Shown: positions 44,936 to 55,273 of the stretch, piece after piece
How the letters are laid out: each line of letters opens with the position of its first letter
Numbering within the stretch: the stretch's first letter is position 1
Assembly: GCA_051003195.1 (NCBI GenBank)
Contig: JBPCLP010000025.1
Location: 67,616 to 131,615 of the forward strand
Reading direction: 5' to 3'
Origin: Candidatus Sumerlaeaceae bacterium
Lineage (GTDB): Bacteria; Sumerlaeota; Sumerlaeia; Sumerlaeales; Sumerlaeaceae
DNA length: 64,000 nt
Notes under the pieces: generated by a model
Databases searched by the model: none
Told to the model about the DNA's origin: nothing
The model's input: only the letters and a program-made list of their open reading frames with translations
Translations under genes and position numbers: made by a program

Positions 44936-45544
44936 ATGGACGACAAGTTTCCAGAACCGCTAGAGCGACTTATCCACGAACTGTCGCGGCTGCCCACCAT
45001 CGGCCGCAAAAGCGCACAGCGGCTGGCGTTTCAGCTGCTGAAATCGCCCGCGGAACAGCCGCAGCGACTGGCCGATGCGCTGCACCATCTGCACGAACGC
45101 GTCCACTTCTGCCGTCAGTGTTTCTACATCACCGAGGAAGAGCTGTGCGCGATTTGCCGCAACCCCGACCGTGATGGCTCGCAAATATGCGTGGTGGAGG
45201 AGCCCATGGACGTCGCGTCGTTCGAGCGCACGGGTTCTTACCGCGGGTTTTACCACGTGCTGCTGGGGCGCCTGTCGCCGTTGCAGGGCGTGATGCCCGA
45301 AGACCTGAAGATCGGCGAGCTGATGAATCGCGTTGAGCGAGCGAACGGCGAAGTCCGCGAAGTGATTCTCGCCACGAATCCGAATGTCGACGGCGATGCG
45401 ACCGCACTTTATATTTCGCGCATGCTCGAACCGCGGGGGATTTCGATTACGCGCCTGGGACTCGGGTTGCCCATGGGCAGCTCGCTCGAATACGCTGACG
45501 AGCTCACGCTGCAAAAAGCGCTCGAGACGAGAAAATCGGTGTAG
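44936..45544 (+). CDS. recR: recombination protein RecR
   Basis: HhH start LIHELSRLPTIGRKSAQRLAFQLL, C4 zinc finger CRQCFYITEEELCAICRN, Toprim block. The ORF track begins at 44918; Met at 44936 fits the RecR N-terminus better. Confidence 0.9.
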   Translation: MDDKFPEPLERLIHELSRLPTIGRKSAQRLAFQLLKSPAEQPQRLADALHHLHERVHFCRQCFYITEEELCAICRNPDRDGSQICVVEEPMDVASFERTGSYRGFYHVLLGRLSPLQGVMPEDLKIGELMNRVERANGEVREVILATNPNVDGDATALYISRMLEPRGISITRLGLGLPMGSSLEYADELTLQKALETRKSV

Positions 45545-45552
45545 CGCGGGAT

Positions 45553-48360
45553 TTACCTGAGGTACTCCAGCACCGATCTCATCAACTCTGCGCGCGTAAT
45601 TTCGTCACCTGCGTTTTCAAATGGAAAGGCCAGGAACATCCAGTTGCCGGTTCTTCTATTCGTGCTTCCACCTGCAACGGCAGCCGCGGAAGCGCCCGCA
45701 ACTTTGTAGCGCAGCACCTCGCCGCTGCCGCCCAGCGCACCCACGACATCGCTTGGCAACGGATCGCCGAGCCCTTGCTCGTTCCCGGTGAGGGTGAACT
45801 CGGGCACGTTCTGCAACACTCCACCCGGCACGGGCGAAACCACCCGGCTCTGCACGTTCATGCCGCGATACGCCAGGCCGAGCAATTGGCGCAGGAACAG
45901 GCGATCCTCGTTGCTGGGCACGGACTGCGGAGACGCGCCGTCCATCGCCGCGGCCAGGTGTGCTCCGTTCAGCACCAGCTTGCCGCCCTGTCGCAGGTAA
46001 TCGGCAATGAGTGCCTGGGTGGGTGTGGTCAAAATTCCGTTCCGCGGATTCTGGCGTCCGACCGACCAGATCACCAGCGGATAATCATTCAATCGGATCT
46101 GACCTTCGCCCACGGATCGCGAGTTGCAGCTGTCAAAGCTCACAGCACACGAGGTCAGCGCTTCGGCCGCCGCCTGCATTCTCGGCGCATTGAGGTGGGT
46201 GCGCGGCCGCACGCGCCAGGTAATTTGACCGTGGTCGGCCGGGTTTCCAAATGGGTTATCGATTACCTGCGATTCGTCCGAAGTTGCATCGAGGTTTGTG
46301 ATCCCGGCAATTAAAAGTGCGCGCCGCATTGGAACGGTGGTCGCGCCATCGCCCGCCAATGCGGGCAGTACCGAGACCACCTGGGAAGGCCACGACTCTC
46401 CCCCCGCGTTCAGGCCTGTGACGCGAACATAGGTGGGACTACTGCTCGTGACCGGGTCGAGGACCGCCGCGAGTTCACCCTGCGTCGATTGTCCACCATC
46501 GAAACTGTAACCGGTTGCGGAGCGATAGATACGATAATCCGTTGCCGGATCTCCTTCAATTCGCCCGGCGTGACCGGGCTGCCACGATACCTGGATGCGT
46601 CCATCGGGCAGCGACCGCGCCACGGGGTTTTCCGGTGCGGTCGGCAAAACTCCCAGCGCACTGTTCTTTGCACGCAGAGCCGCGAACCAGTTCAGCACGC
46701 CGCGAAGCGTGGCGCGCGCCATGTCCATCCGCGCCCTCGGGTCGAGCAGGAACATTGCGTCTTCCGCATTATCGTGAAACGCGACCTCCACAATCGTCGC
46801 GCACATTTCGTTCTGTATGTAATCTTTGCGGAGCTCGCCGAAAGTTATACCGTTGTACGTGACGCGGTCGCGCGCGGCCCACTTCGGATACGAGAACGGC
46901 GGATCCTCGATCAGTTCCTGGTTTACCTGCGTGCCGATCATCCTCGCCAGCAGTTCCTGGTAATCGGGCCGCTGCTCAGGCGATTCGTTGAACAGGGCCA
47001 CACATCCCCGCGACTGTCCCCGGAAGGCATTTGAGTGAAAACTGACGAGCACGCGATCCGTAAAGCTGCCTTCGGTTTCACGGTTCATGTACGCAGCAGT
47101 CCTGGGCGGCGAGGCGATTGTCGCATTTCCGTCGCTGACATTAGAGGAGTAAATTCGGCGGTCTGCGGTCGGGCCAAGGCTTCGCTCGATCCAGTAACAG
47201 TCCGCCTCGTCCTCGCGAATAAAACCAGAGCGTCCAGCGGGCCGCGGAACGTCGCCCACTCCGTTGCCAAACCGAACGGCATCCGCTACCACCACGTGTT
47301 TGCCGTCGTCTTCATAAGGATCGTCGACAACATTGCTTACATCGACGTAGCCCGTATCACCCTTTTCGAACCAGAAACTGCCCAGCCATACCCATCCCTT
47401 GCCGACGCGCCGGTGGTTCACGTGGATCTCCGTCACGGCTCCTGCATGGGCAATACGATACAACTGAGCCGATACACGATCCTCGCCGTCGCGCGCCCAC
47501 ACATAAACCGGGTAGTCGCCTGATTCGGGGATCCACGGACGGTACCGCGCTACTGCTGTCTCGCTGCGCTGAGCCGTTGCGAACGCATACGGAACGCGGT
47601 CGCGCTTCCCGCCGAAGTAAACCTTCGAGCTGCTTTCCTGCCATTCGCCGTAGAACTTTACCTGCGCGCTGGTGTTGTCGAGAATGCGTTCGTTGGGTTG
47701 ATGGTCCACTGGGCGCAACGGCACAACCGTCGCCCCGGAATTCCAAAGCAGGTGCGCAAAAATATGCATCTGGTCCAGGTTGCCAAAATCTTCCACGATA
47801 CCATGGCCAAGGGCACGCTGCGTGTAGTAGATCTGTTTATCGTCATTGTAGGTCCATCCATGGCCCGCCATTGCGAAAACGACTTTGCCGGAAAAGCTTC
47901 CGGTCGGTTGAAATGCGTGCGGCGCCGACATCAGCGGGCTCTGCGTCCGCTGGGCTTCTGCCAGGGGTGATGCCCGCAGCGGTTTACCGGGTATTTCGAC
48001 AAACTTATCCGCGCGTGCTGCATCGACCAGCCACTGCGGCGCTCCAAATCCGGGCGCCGGAACGCTGGGCGGTGTGACAAGAGAGATCGTGGTAGCTGAT
48101 AACCCCTCCGTGTTGATGGGCATGGTAACGGCCGGCGCGAGCGATTCAGTGCCCGTACTCATCGTAATCGTCGCGCTGGTGAGTGCCTGCTGCGAGAGTC
48201 CAACGCCGCAATTCAACAGGTGGGCGATTGTGAATGCCACCACGCCGCCCGCACACCGCTGCGTGAAGTAGTAACTGTGGTTTAGCTTTCGCACGTTGTC
48301 TCGAAACTTGCCCGGCGAGCAGCCAGTGCAATCAATACTAAAAGCGAGCAACGGGCTCAC
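45553..48360 (-). CDS. large secreted N-acetylmuramoyl-L-alanine amidase (Amidase_3)-like multidomain protein
   Basis: 935 aa. N-terminal hydrophobic segment. Amidase_3-like zinc ligand blocks VVFAMAGHGWTYNDD and VSFHSNAFRG...ATIVEVAFHDNAEDA are separated by a large insertion. Start codon uncertain. Confidence 0.55.
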   Translation of the reverse strand: MSPLLAFSIDCTGCSPGKFRDNVRKLNHSYYFTQRCAGGVVAFTIAHLLNCGVGLSQQALTSATITMSTGTESLAPAVTMPINTEGLSATTISLVTPPSVPAPGFGAPQWLVDAARADKFVEIPGKPLRASPLAEAQRTQSPLMSAPHAFQPTGSFSGKVVFAMAGHGWTYNDDKQIYYTQRALGHGIVEDFGNLDQMHIFAHLLWNSGATVVPLRPVDHQPNERILDNTSAQVKFYGEWQESSSKVYFGGKRDRVPYAFATAQRSETAVARYRPWIPESGDYPVYVWARDGEDRVSAQLYRIAHAGAVTEIHVNHRRVGKGWVWLGSFWFEKGDTGYVDVSNVVDDPYEDDGKHVVVADAVRFGNGVGDVPRPAGRSGFIREDEADCYWIERSLGPTADRRIYSSNVSDGNATIASPPRTAAYMNRETEGSFTDRVLVSFHSNAFRGQSRGCVALFNESPEQRPDYQELLARMIGTQVNQELIEDPPFSYPKWAARDRVTYNGITFGELRKDYIQNEMCATIVEVAFHDNAEDAMFLLDPRARMDMARATLRGVLNWFAALRAKNSALGVLPTAPENPVARSLPDGRIQVSWQPGHAGRIEGDPATDYRIYRSATGYSFDGGQSTQGELAAVLDPVTSSSPTYVRVTGLNAGGESWPSQVVSVLPALAGDGATTVPMRRALLIAGITNLDATSDESQVIDNPFGNPADHGQITWRVRPRTHLNAPRMQAAAEALTSCAVSFDSCNSRSVGEGQIRLNDYPLVIWSVGRQNPRNGILTTPTQALIADYLRQGGKLVLNGAHLAAAMDGASPQSVPSNEDRLFLRQLLGLAYRGMNVQSRVVSPVPGGVLQNVPEFTLTGNEQGLGDPLPSDVVGALGGSGEVLRYKVAGASAAAVAGGSTNRRTGNWMFLAFPFENAGDEITRAELMRSVLEYLR

Positions 48361-48547
48361 CCCGTCACGTCAGCACGGTTTGAAATCTCGAAATTTCCGC
48401 CTTTTATATTGCCTAACGACATGCCTGCCGGGGCAAATGCATGGTGCAGGTTACCTATGACCTGCAGAAAGCTGCCTCTGCGTGGCCCGGCATCCGCCGT
48501 GGTCTATCGGTTCAGGCACAACACCGGTCACGAAAGGGTGCTTAAAC

Positions 48548-49906
48548 ATGTCCCGCTATTTTTATCGCTTCACATTCTTCTGTGCGTTTTATCTACTGTC
48601 GTGCGGACCGGCCTTTGCAGCCACGCTGCTTTCGGACACTTTCAGCAGCGCTTCGCTCGACTCCTCAAAATATGCAATTCTCCGCTCCTCAAATGCGAGC
48701 GTCTCGGGCGGATCACTTATCGACGTCGCTAACATCGTGGACATCGGAATGGAAGTGCCGTCCTACTCGGCAAACTTCCCTAATACCGTGCAGGTCGACT
48801 GCGTCATGAAAATCCCGGATCCTACTATAGCAGCCCGGATCAACAACAGCGTTCCCGAGACCAATGCGGGTTTCCGCGTGGTTGAAGCCGGCCCGGAGGG
48901 AATCGGAATTGAGATTTTTCCATTCAGGGGCGCTTCGGACGTGGACACGCTTAACATCCGCCGCGCCGTGAACTGGGGTAATGACGTAAGTGCCAACATC
49001 TCGCCGCAGCTTACGCCGAATCAGCTCGTCGTGCTGCGCGGAATTGTGAACGGCGCGAATGTCACGGCCACGCTTTACGACTTCAATACCTCGGCTGTGC
49101 TGGCCACGCTGGCCACCACCACTGCCACGCTTCAGGTCAACAATACGGCCGGCGCCCTTCGCTTAACGACGTACAACCAGGCGAACGTCGAGTTCCTGAG
49201 CTGCAAGGCGACCAACACGGCGAACAGCAATGTGCTTATAGATGATACCTTCAATGGCACATCCCTGAACCTGAACAACTGGTGGCCCGCCGCTACCGAT
49301 GAAGTGTCGAACGTTTCGCCAAATCCCACCACGGGCACAGCTACACTGATTGGTTACAATGGGACAAACCTGACGGCGCTACTTCCCACGAAACAGACGT
49401 TCTCAAATTTCGAGATGCAGTCCGTGTTCAAGATGAGCCAGCGTGGACCGAACGGCTACGGCAATTTCAGCGTCCAGTTTCGCGAAACAGACAAGTTCAA
49501 TGCCTTGTACCAGCTCGCCGTCTTCCCTCAGACCGGAAGTTCAGTCGGCGATGGCGTCACCACTTATACAACTCCGTGTATCGTCTTACGAAAAGGAACG
49601 GCGCCGGGAGCTTACACGAACCTGGGCGGAAAGACAATCAGCGAGCCGACGGACAGCAGTACGCTGGTCGTTAACCTGATTGCCAACGGATCCGCGATTA
49701 GTTTCTACACGGGTCCCACAAAAACCGCGGGCATTGGGCCGGTAGTATCCGTTACCGATAGCAGCAACACTTCAGGGTTCGTGAAGTTTACGAATTTTGC
49801 ACTGACGGCGGTCGACCTGGACGAATACCAGATCGCGACAATCGGTTCAAACATCGTGGCGCCGATTACCACCGCGGCGTCCGACGAGTGGATGCTGATG
49901 CAATAG
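48548..49906 (+). CDS. secreted hypothetical protein (beta-rich, lectin/LamG-like composition)
   Basis: Met at 48548 gives signal peptide MSRYFYRFTFFCAFYLLSCGPAFAA. Rich in N/T/S/G and low in charge. No family recognised. Confidence 0.55.
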   Translation: MSRYFYRFTFFCAFYLLSCGPAFAATLLSDTFSSASLDSSKYAILRSSNASVSGGSLIDVANIVDIGMEVPSYSANFPNTVQVDCVMKIPDPTIAARINNSVPETNAGFRVVEAGPEGIGIEIFPFRGASDVDTLNIRRAVNWGNDVSANISPQLTPNQLVVLRGIVNGANVTATLYDFNTSAVLATLATTTATLQVNNTAGALRLTTYNQANVEFLSCKATNTANSNVLIDDTFNGTSLNLNNWWPAATDEVSNVSPNPTTGTATLIGYNGTNLTALLPTKQTFSNFEMQSVFKMSQRGPNGYGNFSVQFRETDKFNALYQLAVFPQTGSSVGDGVTTYTTPCIVLRKGTAPGAYTNLGGKTISEPTDSSTLVVNLIANGSAISFYTGPTKTAGIGPVVSVTDSSNTSGFVKFTNFALTAVDLDEYQIATIGSNIVAPITTAASDEWMLMQ

Positions 49907-50024
49907 CATGGGTTGGCACAGCAGGCCAAGCGACGGGCTGCTGCGCAAGCTTCAAACGACGCTGGACAATGGCGCGAACCGCTGCACCCCTGTGTACAAT
50001 AATCGCCATGTGGAGGCCTAAACA

Positions 50025-50411
50025 TTGCCAAAGCGAATAGTGGTAGTGGACGATGAGCCGGACATCCGCACGATGCTGGACATCAGCCTGAAAAACCAGG
50101 GGTACGAGGTGCAGCTGGCGTCCGACGGTGTTGAAGGGCTGGAGCTCATTCGCAAAACACGGCCCGACCTGGCGATACTTGACGTGAAGATGCCGCGCAT
50201 GAATGGCTTCGAGCTGCTGGTTGCTATGCGCAACGACGCGCAGCTAAAGGACATGCCCGTGGTGATGCTGACGTCCCTGACAGTCGGCACCGGAAAGTCG
50301 GACGAGCTTTGGCGCCAAAGCCTGGAAATCACCGACTTCCTGTCCAAGCCCTTCGATACACAGGAATTGCTGAGCCGCGTCAACCGAATCCTGGAGAAAC
50401 CCGCGGAATAG
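50025..50411 (+). CDS. single-domain response regulator (CheY-like receiver)
   Basis: RIVVVDDEPDIRTML...PDLAILDVKMPRMNGFELL...MPVVMLTSL with conserved Asp pocket and phospho-acceptor. 128 aa. Confidence 0.85.
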   Translation: MPKRIVVVDDEPDIRTMLDISLKNQGYEVQLASDGVEGLELIRKTRPDLAILDVKMPRMNGFELLVAMRNDAQLKDMPVVMLTSLTVGTGKSDELWRQSLEITDFLSKPFDTQELLSRVNRILEKPAE

Positions 50412-50579
50412 TTCGTGCGCAGCGGCTTCGGGCGTCCATACTGTCTCCGTTTCTCTAGTTGACTTGATCCGGGCCGGGTAACGACTATCCGCGGCTTTGT
50501 GAAAAATGGCGCAAATACAGCGCCTGCTGCAATGTTGCAGCCTCTTAGTTTGCCAAATTACCCGGAGTCACGCTATTAG

Positions 50580-52592
50580 ATGCTAAGACAGTTGCGGTCA
50601 GCCCACAAAATTCGTAAAGTCATCTGGATCGGGCTGCTGCTTATCGTAATTCCTTCCTTTGTCGCCTTCTATGGTTGGAGCGACTACTCCACCACTGCCG
50701 GTTCGCAGCCCATGACTGCCGCGAAACTCAAGTTCGGTTTCCTGGACTCAGAAGAGATACACCAGCCAGACATGCAACGCGCCGAACAGATGTTGCGCGC
50801 GCAGTACATGAATTACTCTCGAAACCAGAACATGACGCTGGAGCCCGCCGCCATTGATAAACTGGCCGGATCGCGCGAGATTCTCGACCAGGCAATCAAC
50901 GTCGAGATTCTGCGCCACTACGCCAAGGAACATGGCATCGTCGTCGAACCGCAAGACGCAGTCGACGAACTCGCGAAAGCCTATCCCCCGGATCGCCGCG
51001 CCATGGTCGAGCAGGAGCTCAAGCGCCAGGGCATGACGTTTGGCCAGTTCCTGGAACAGATTCAGAATGGCATGCTGTTGCAGCGCGTGAGGGACACTCT
51101 GACCGCCCAGACACGCGTTACACATTATGAAGCCTGGCTCGACTACCTGCTAAAAAACGAGCGTCTCCTGGTCGACTTCGTGCGCTTCGACGCCGCAGAC
51201 TACACGACGAGCGTCACCGTAGACGAGAAGGAGCTTCAGGATTACTTTGCGAAAAACATCAAGAAGTACCACGTCCGGGAACAGGTGAAGTACTCCTACC
51301 TGATCGTCCGCAAGGATGACTTAAAAAGCAGCCTGACCCTTACCGAAGACGAGGTCACTTCGTATTACCAGAGCAACCAGGAAGAGTTCCGTTTGCCGCG
51401 CACAGCCGACATTCGTCAAATCATGATCAAAAAGCCGGGGCGCGAAGCGGGCTCCACCGCTGAAGAACTGACTTCAGCCACTGAAGCAGCCCGTGCGAAG
51501 GCCAGCGACATTTACCAGCGGATCGTAAAAGGCGAAGACTTTGCAACGCTGGCAGACCAGTATAATGAGGAAACCCGCGTACCGCCACGCGAGGATAGCG
51601 ATACAACTGCAACCGACAGAATGACCACCGCCGGCGGATTTCTCGGAACGGTTTCCGAGGTGCGCATGAAAACCTTCTACGGGGAAGACTGGACCAGTGC
51701 CGTGTTCAACCTGAAGCCGGGCGCAATCAGCCAACCGGTTGATAGTCCGCGTGGCTTCTTCGTGCTCAAGCTTGAATCCTTGAAAGAGGGGCTTGTTCAG
51801 CCGCTCGATGTAGTAAAGAGCGAGGTGGAGGATAAGGTCCGCACAGAAAAGGTTGAGCCGGTATTCGAGGATGTAGGCAATCAGCTTCGCGATGTCGCCG
51901 AAAAAGGTGCTACCCTGCAACAACTTGCGCAGGAAACCTCAAGGACTGTCGAGTTCACCCCGAAAGTGGACAAGCGCGCAGAGTTCATACCCGGCGTAGG
52001 GTTACTGGGCGAGTTCAAGGAAGCGGTGCAGGACCTGCAAAAGGGTGGCCGCAGCGAGGTAATGTCCGACCAGGCACGCCACCTTGTCATGGAGGTTCAG
52101 GAAGAGTTCCCAGATCACGATCCGCCGCTCGACGAAGTTCGCGAGCAGGTGGTGCAGGGCTATAAGGAAAGCAAGGCGCGGGAGCTCGCCAAGGCAGCGG
52201 CGGAATCCGTCAAGGTCAAGGCTACGAGCGTGGAAGCACTCAAGCAGGCCGTGGTTGACGCTGGCTCGACCGTTTCTCGGACACGCCCATTTACCCGGCC
52301 CGAGGCTCCAACGGTACTCGGCCCTGTGCAGAACTTTACTGAAATTGCCGGCGGGTTGCGTAAAGGTGCGATTTCACTCAGCCCGCTTGGTTCTGAGGAT
52401 GCTGCACAGGGTTACATTGTCTGGCACCTCGCAGAAGTCACGGAACCCTCGAAGGCGGAATTTGCGAAGCAGCTCGCGAAGATCAGCCAGGACTTACTGG
52501 CTCACAAGCGTGAGATCCTGCTCCTGGAGTTTTTGCGCGATCGGCGGAAGCAGTTAAAGGACGATATCGAAATCTCCAAAGCGTACCGCTGA
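50580..52592 (+). CDS. PpiD/SurA-like periplasmic chaperone, peptidyl-prolyl cis-trans isomerase (parvulin type)
   Basis: N-terminal TM anchor (KVIWIGLLLIVIPSFVAFYGW), SurA_N-like region, parvulin domain (IRQIMIKKPG...GEDFATLADQYNEE...GGFLGTV...GFFVLKL). 670 aa. Confidence 0.75.
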   Translation: MLRQLRSAHKIRKVIWIGLLLIVIPSFVAFYGWSDYSTTAGSQPMTAAKLKFGFLDSEEIHQPDMQRAEQMLRAQYMNYSRNQNMTLEPAAIDKLAGSREILDQAINVEILRHYAKEHGIVVEPQDAVDELAKAYPPDRRAMVEQELKRQGMTFGQFLEQIQNGMLLQRVRDTLTAQTRVTHYEAWLDYLLKNERLLVDFVRFDAADYTTSVTVDEKELQDYFAKNIKKYHVREQVKYSYLIVRKDDLKSSLTLTEDEVTSYYQSNQEEFRLPRTADIRQIMIKKPGREAGSTAEELTSATEAARAKASDIYQRIVKGEDFATLADQYNEETRVPPREDSDTTATDRMTTAGGFLGTVSEVRMKTFYGEDWTSAVFNLKPGAISQPVDSPRGFFVLKLESLKEGLVQPLDVVKSEVEDKVRTEKVEPVFEDVGNQLRDVAEKGATLQQLAQETSRTVEFTPKVDKRAEFIPGVGLLGEFKEAVQDLQKGGRSEVMSDQARHLVMEVQEEFPDHDPPLDEVREQVVQGYKESKARELAKAAAESVKVKATSVEALKQAVVDAGSTVSRTRPFTRPEAPTVLGPVQNFTEIAGGLRKGAISLSPLGSEDAAQGYIVWHLAEVTEPSKAEFAKQLAKISQDLLAHKREILLLEFLRDRRKQLKDDIEISKAYR

Positions 52593-52705
52593 TTTTTATT
52601 GAAGGCGATCTACGCCGCATTTAGAGCAACGTGGGTATCATACGTCACGGCTGGCAAAGCCATTCTAATTGCGAGGCTTAGGCACTGTTAAACGTTCAGG
52701 CAATC

Positions 52706-55249
52706 GTGGTCAAAAACCTTAGTTCTGCTAAATTAAGGAAGGTTCTTTTTGAGCAGCACCTGTGGACTCGGGTGTTCCTGTGCCTGATCGCCTGTAATCT
52801 GTGTGCGGGCAGGATTGCTGCGCAAGCTGCGTTTCCTACTGCCGATAACCAGGTTCAACACCACGTTCTTCCGACCGACGAGGAGTCTGCTGCGCCGATG
52901 GAAGACCCGGATGGTGTTGTCATGCGGGAACGTACGCCCGCGGACGACCAGAAGATCGCGCGCGATCAGGCGGCGAAGGCACGTAAGAGTGCGGCAACAA
53001 AGCCTGTGACGTCAACGGATCCGCTGCTCAGCGAGATTTCCGATGCTCCGGTCGTTAAGGAAATCGAAGTTGCCGGCCTGGACGGACCTGACCTGCGTCG
53101 CGCCATGCGCGCGCTCGTGACGCGCGAAGGCGAACCACTTAACCCCGACAAGCAGCGCGAAGACATAAAGAACCTGTACGAAGTTGGCTCCTTCCGCCCG
53201 GACATCCAGGTGGAAGCCGAGGAACTGGACGGCGGGGTGAAGTTGCGTTACCTGGTTGAGCCGAACCCAAAAGTCGGAGCCATCAACGTCACGGGGAACG
53301 TCAAAGTACCCACCAAGAAACTGCTGGCAGAGCTGCCTGTGAAAGCCGGCGAAACTTACACGGTGCAGGCGCAAAACAAGATCCGCGAAACACTTGCCCG
53401 CTACTATGAAGAACGCGGATATGGTGACGCCGCCGTTCACGTGGAAGAGCGCCCGGGTCCCGCGAACACCGTCGATCTCGGTATTTCACTGGACGAAGGC
53501 ACCAAGACAAAAATCCGCAACCTCGTCATCCGCGGCAACGAGCACGTTGGTGATCTCGGGCTGAAGTTGCGCGCCAGCAACAAGGGTTCGTGGGGTCCTT
53601 TTAAGCATTACTACAACGAAGCCAAGTTTGAAGACGACCTGAATGTGGTGCGGGCGGTGATGGCAAATCATGGCTACCTGGATGCCGATGTGCGGCGCGG
53701 CGAGTTCGCTTACGCGGAGGACCGCAGCTGGGTAGACCCTGTTATCGAGGTGAGCGAGGGTCCGTGCTATAAGTTCGGGCGCCTCGAAGCACGCGGCTAT
53801 TCCGTGTACTCGAGGGACGAAGTGCTGGAAGGCTTTCGTCCTCTGCAAGGCCAGGTCTATAGCCCGGCCGAATTCGAGAAGCGAGCCGAGCGTGTAAAGA
53901 ACATGTACGGGGACGAGGGATTTCTCAACTGCTCAATCGAGCCGAACCTCCACAAAGACCCGAACACCGGAACTGTCGACGTGGACCTGGATATTACGGA
54001 GGGATCACGCATCTACGTAGGCGATGTGAAGGTAGTGGCGGACACCTACGCGGAAGATAAAGAGCAGAGCTGGCTGCGCCGTGCGTACAGCAAAGTTTCT
54101 CCTCCGGTTAAGGACGAGGTCGTTCGTCGCGAAGTGCGGATGCGGCCCGGCCAGGTTTACCGTCGATTTGATGAAGTGCGCACGAAGGAGCGCCTGCGCG
54201 CGCTGAACGTTTTTGAAGACGTAAAGGTGCAGGAGCAGATGACGGACGATCCAAACGTCCACGACTGCGTTGTACAGGTTGAACAGGGCAACACCGGCAA
54301 CCTGATATTCGGCGTGGGCTTTGGCGACGTCGAGGGCGGCTTCCTCTACGGCAACTACATCGAGCATAACCTGTTCGGCCTCGCGCGAGACTTGCGAATC
54401 TCCGCACTCGTGGGTTCAAAGGCAATCAGCGGCGAAGTCTCCTACCTAGACCGCTACTTCATGGGCAGCGATATAGCGGCCCAGTTCACCGCGTTCCATC
54501 GTCGCTACGACCGCACTGGCGCGTTCCGGCAGACTAATACCGGAGTTACGGCGGAGTTCACGCGTCCGCTTTCCGAATGCCTGAAAGACAGCGTGCGGCT
54601 GCGTCTGGAGAGCATCGGCTATGATATCAGCGCAGCGCGGCAGCCCGATGAGGAATTGCGCGACTACGTTGCCGCAACAATTCGCTACAAGCTTTGTCAT
54701 GACACGCGCGACGATACGTTCTTCCCGACTTACGGGCACGTGGCGGCAGCCAGTTTCGAGACCGGCGCTGCCGATGGCTTCCTCGCAAAGCTTGAAGGGC
54801 AGTACGCCCAATACTGGCAGATGTGTGACAGCTGGGTGCTGGCGAACAACACCGTGGCAGGCTTGATGCCGTACGACGCGACGCGCATCGGCTATGCGGA
54901 CCGATTCTTCCTCGGCGGCGCAAGCGATCTGCGCGGATTCCGCGTTGCGGGCGCTGGCCCACATGATGGCCGAAATCACTCGATCCCGCTGGGCGGCTCG
55001 ACAAAGCTGCTGAACCAGACCGAGGCACGCCACCTGTTCACCGACAATCTTGCCGGTGTGCTCTTTGCTGACGTCGGCATGCTTGGACGCAAGCCGTTTG
55101 AAATTGGCTCGCCCCGGGCTTCCATCGGTACGGGTGTTCGCCTGCGGCTGCCCATGGCTTCCGTCAGCCTTGATCTGGCGGTGCCGGTCATCAGCCACGA
55201 CGACGACCAGACTCAAATCTTCCACTTCAACCTGACCTCAGCCTTCTAA
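52706..55249 (+). CDS. bamA: outer membrane protein assembly factor BamA
   Basis: Signal peptide. POTRA repeats (VKEIEVAGLDGPDLRRAMRALVTREGEPLNPDKQREDIKNLYEVGSF...; AINVTGNVKVPTKKLLAELPVKAGETY). C-terminal 16-strand barrel ending in aromatic beta-signal ...FHFNLTSAF. Confidence 0.9.
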   Translation: MVKNLSSAKLRKVLFEQHLWTRVFLCLIACNLCAGRIAAQAAFPTADNQVQHHVLPTDEESAAPMEDPDGVVMRERTPADDQKIARDQAAKARKSAATKPVTSTDPLLSEISDAPVVKEIEVAGLDGPDLRRAMRALVTREGEPLNPDKQREDIKNLYEVGSFRPDIQVEAEELDGGVKLRYLVEPNPKVGAINVTGNVKVPTKKLLAELPVKAGETYTVQAQNKIRETLARYYEERGYGDAAVHVEERPGPANTVDLGISLDEGTKTKIRNLVIRGNEHVGDLGLKLRASNKGSWGPFKHYYNEAKFEDDLNVVRAVMANHGYLDADVRRGEFAYAEDRSWVDPVIEVSEGPCYKFGRLEARGYSVYSRDEVLEGFRPLQGQVYSPAEFEKRAERVKNMYGDEGFLNCSIEPNLHKDPNTGTVDVDLDITEGSRIYVGDVKVVADTYAEDKEQSWLRRAYSKVSPPVKDEVVRREVRMRPGQVYRRFDEVRTKERLRALNVFEDVKVQEQMTDDPNVHDCVVQVEQGNTGNLIFGVGFGDVEGGFLYGNYIEHNLFGLARDLRISALVGSKAISGEVSYLDRYFMGSDIAAQFTAFHRRYDRTGAFRQTNTGVTAEFTRPLSECLKDSVRLRLESIGYDISAARQPDEELRDYVAATIRYKLCHDTRDDTFFPTYGHVAAASFETGAADGFLAKLEGQYAQYWQMCDSWVLANNTVAGLMPYDATRIGYADRFFLGGASDLRGFRVAGAGPHDGRNHSIPLGGSTKLLNQTEARHLFTDNLAGVLFADVGMLGRKPFEIGSPRASIGTGVRLRLPMASVSLDLAVPVISHDDDQTQIFHFNLTSAF

Positions 55250-55273
55250 GTGGTCCGGCATAAAGGATTCCCA

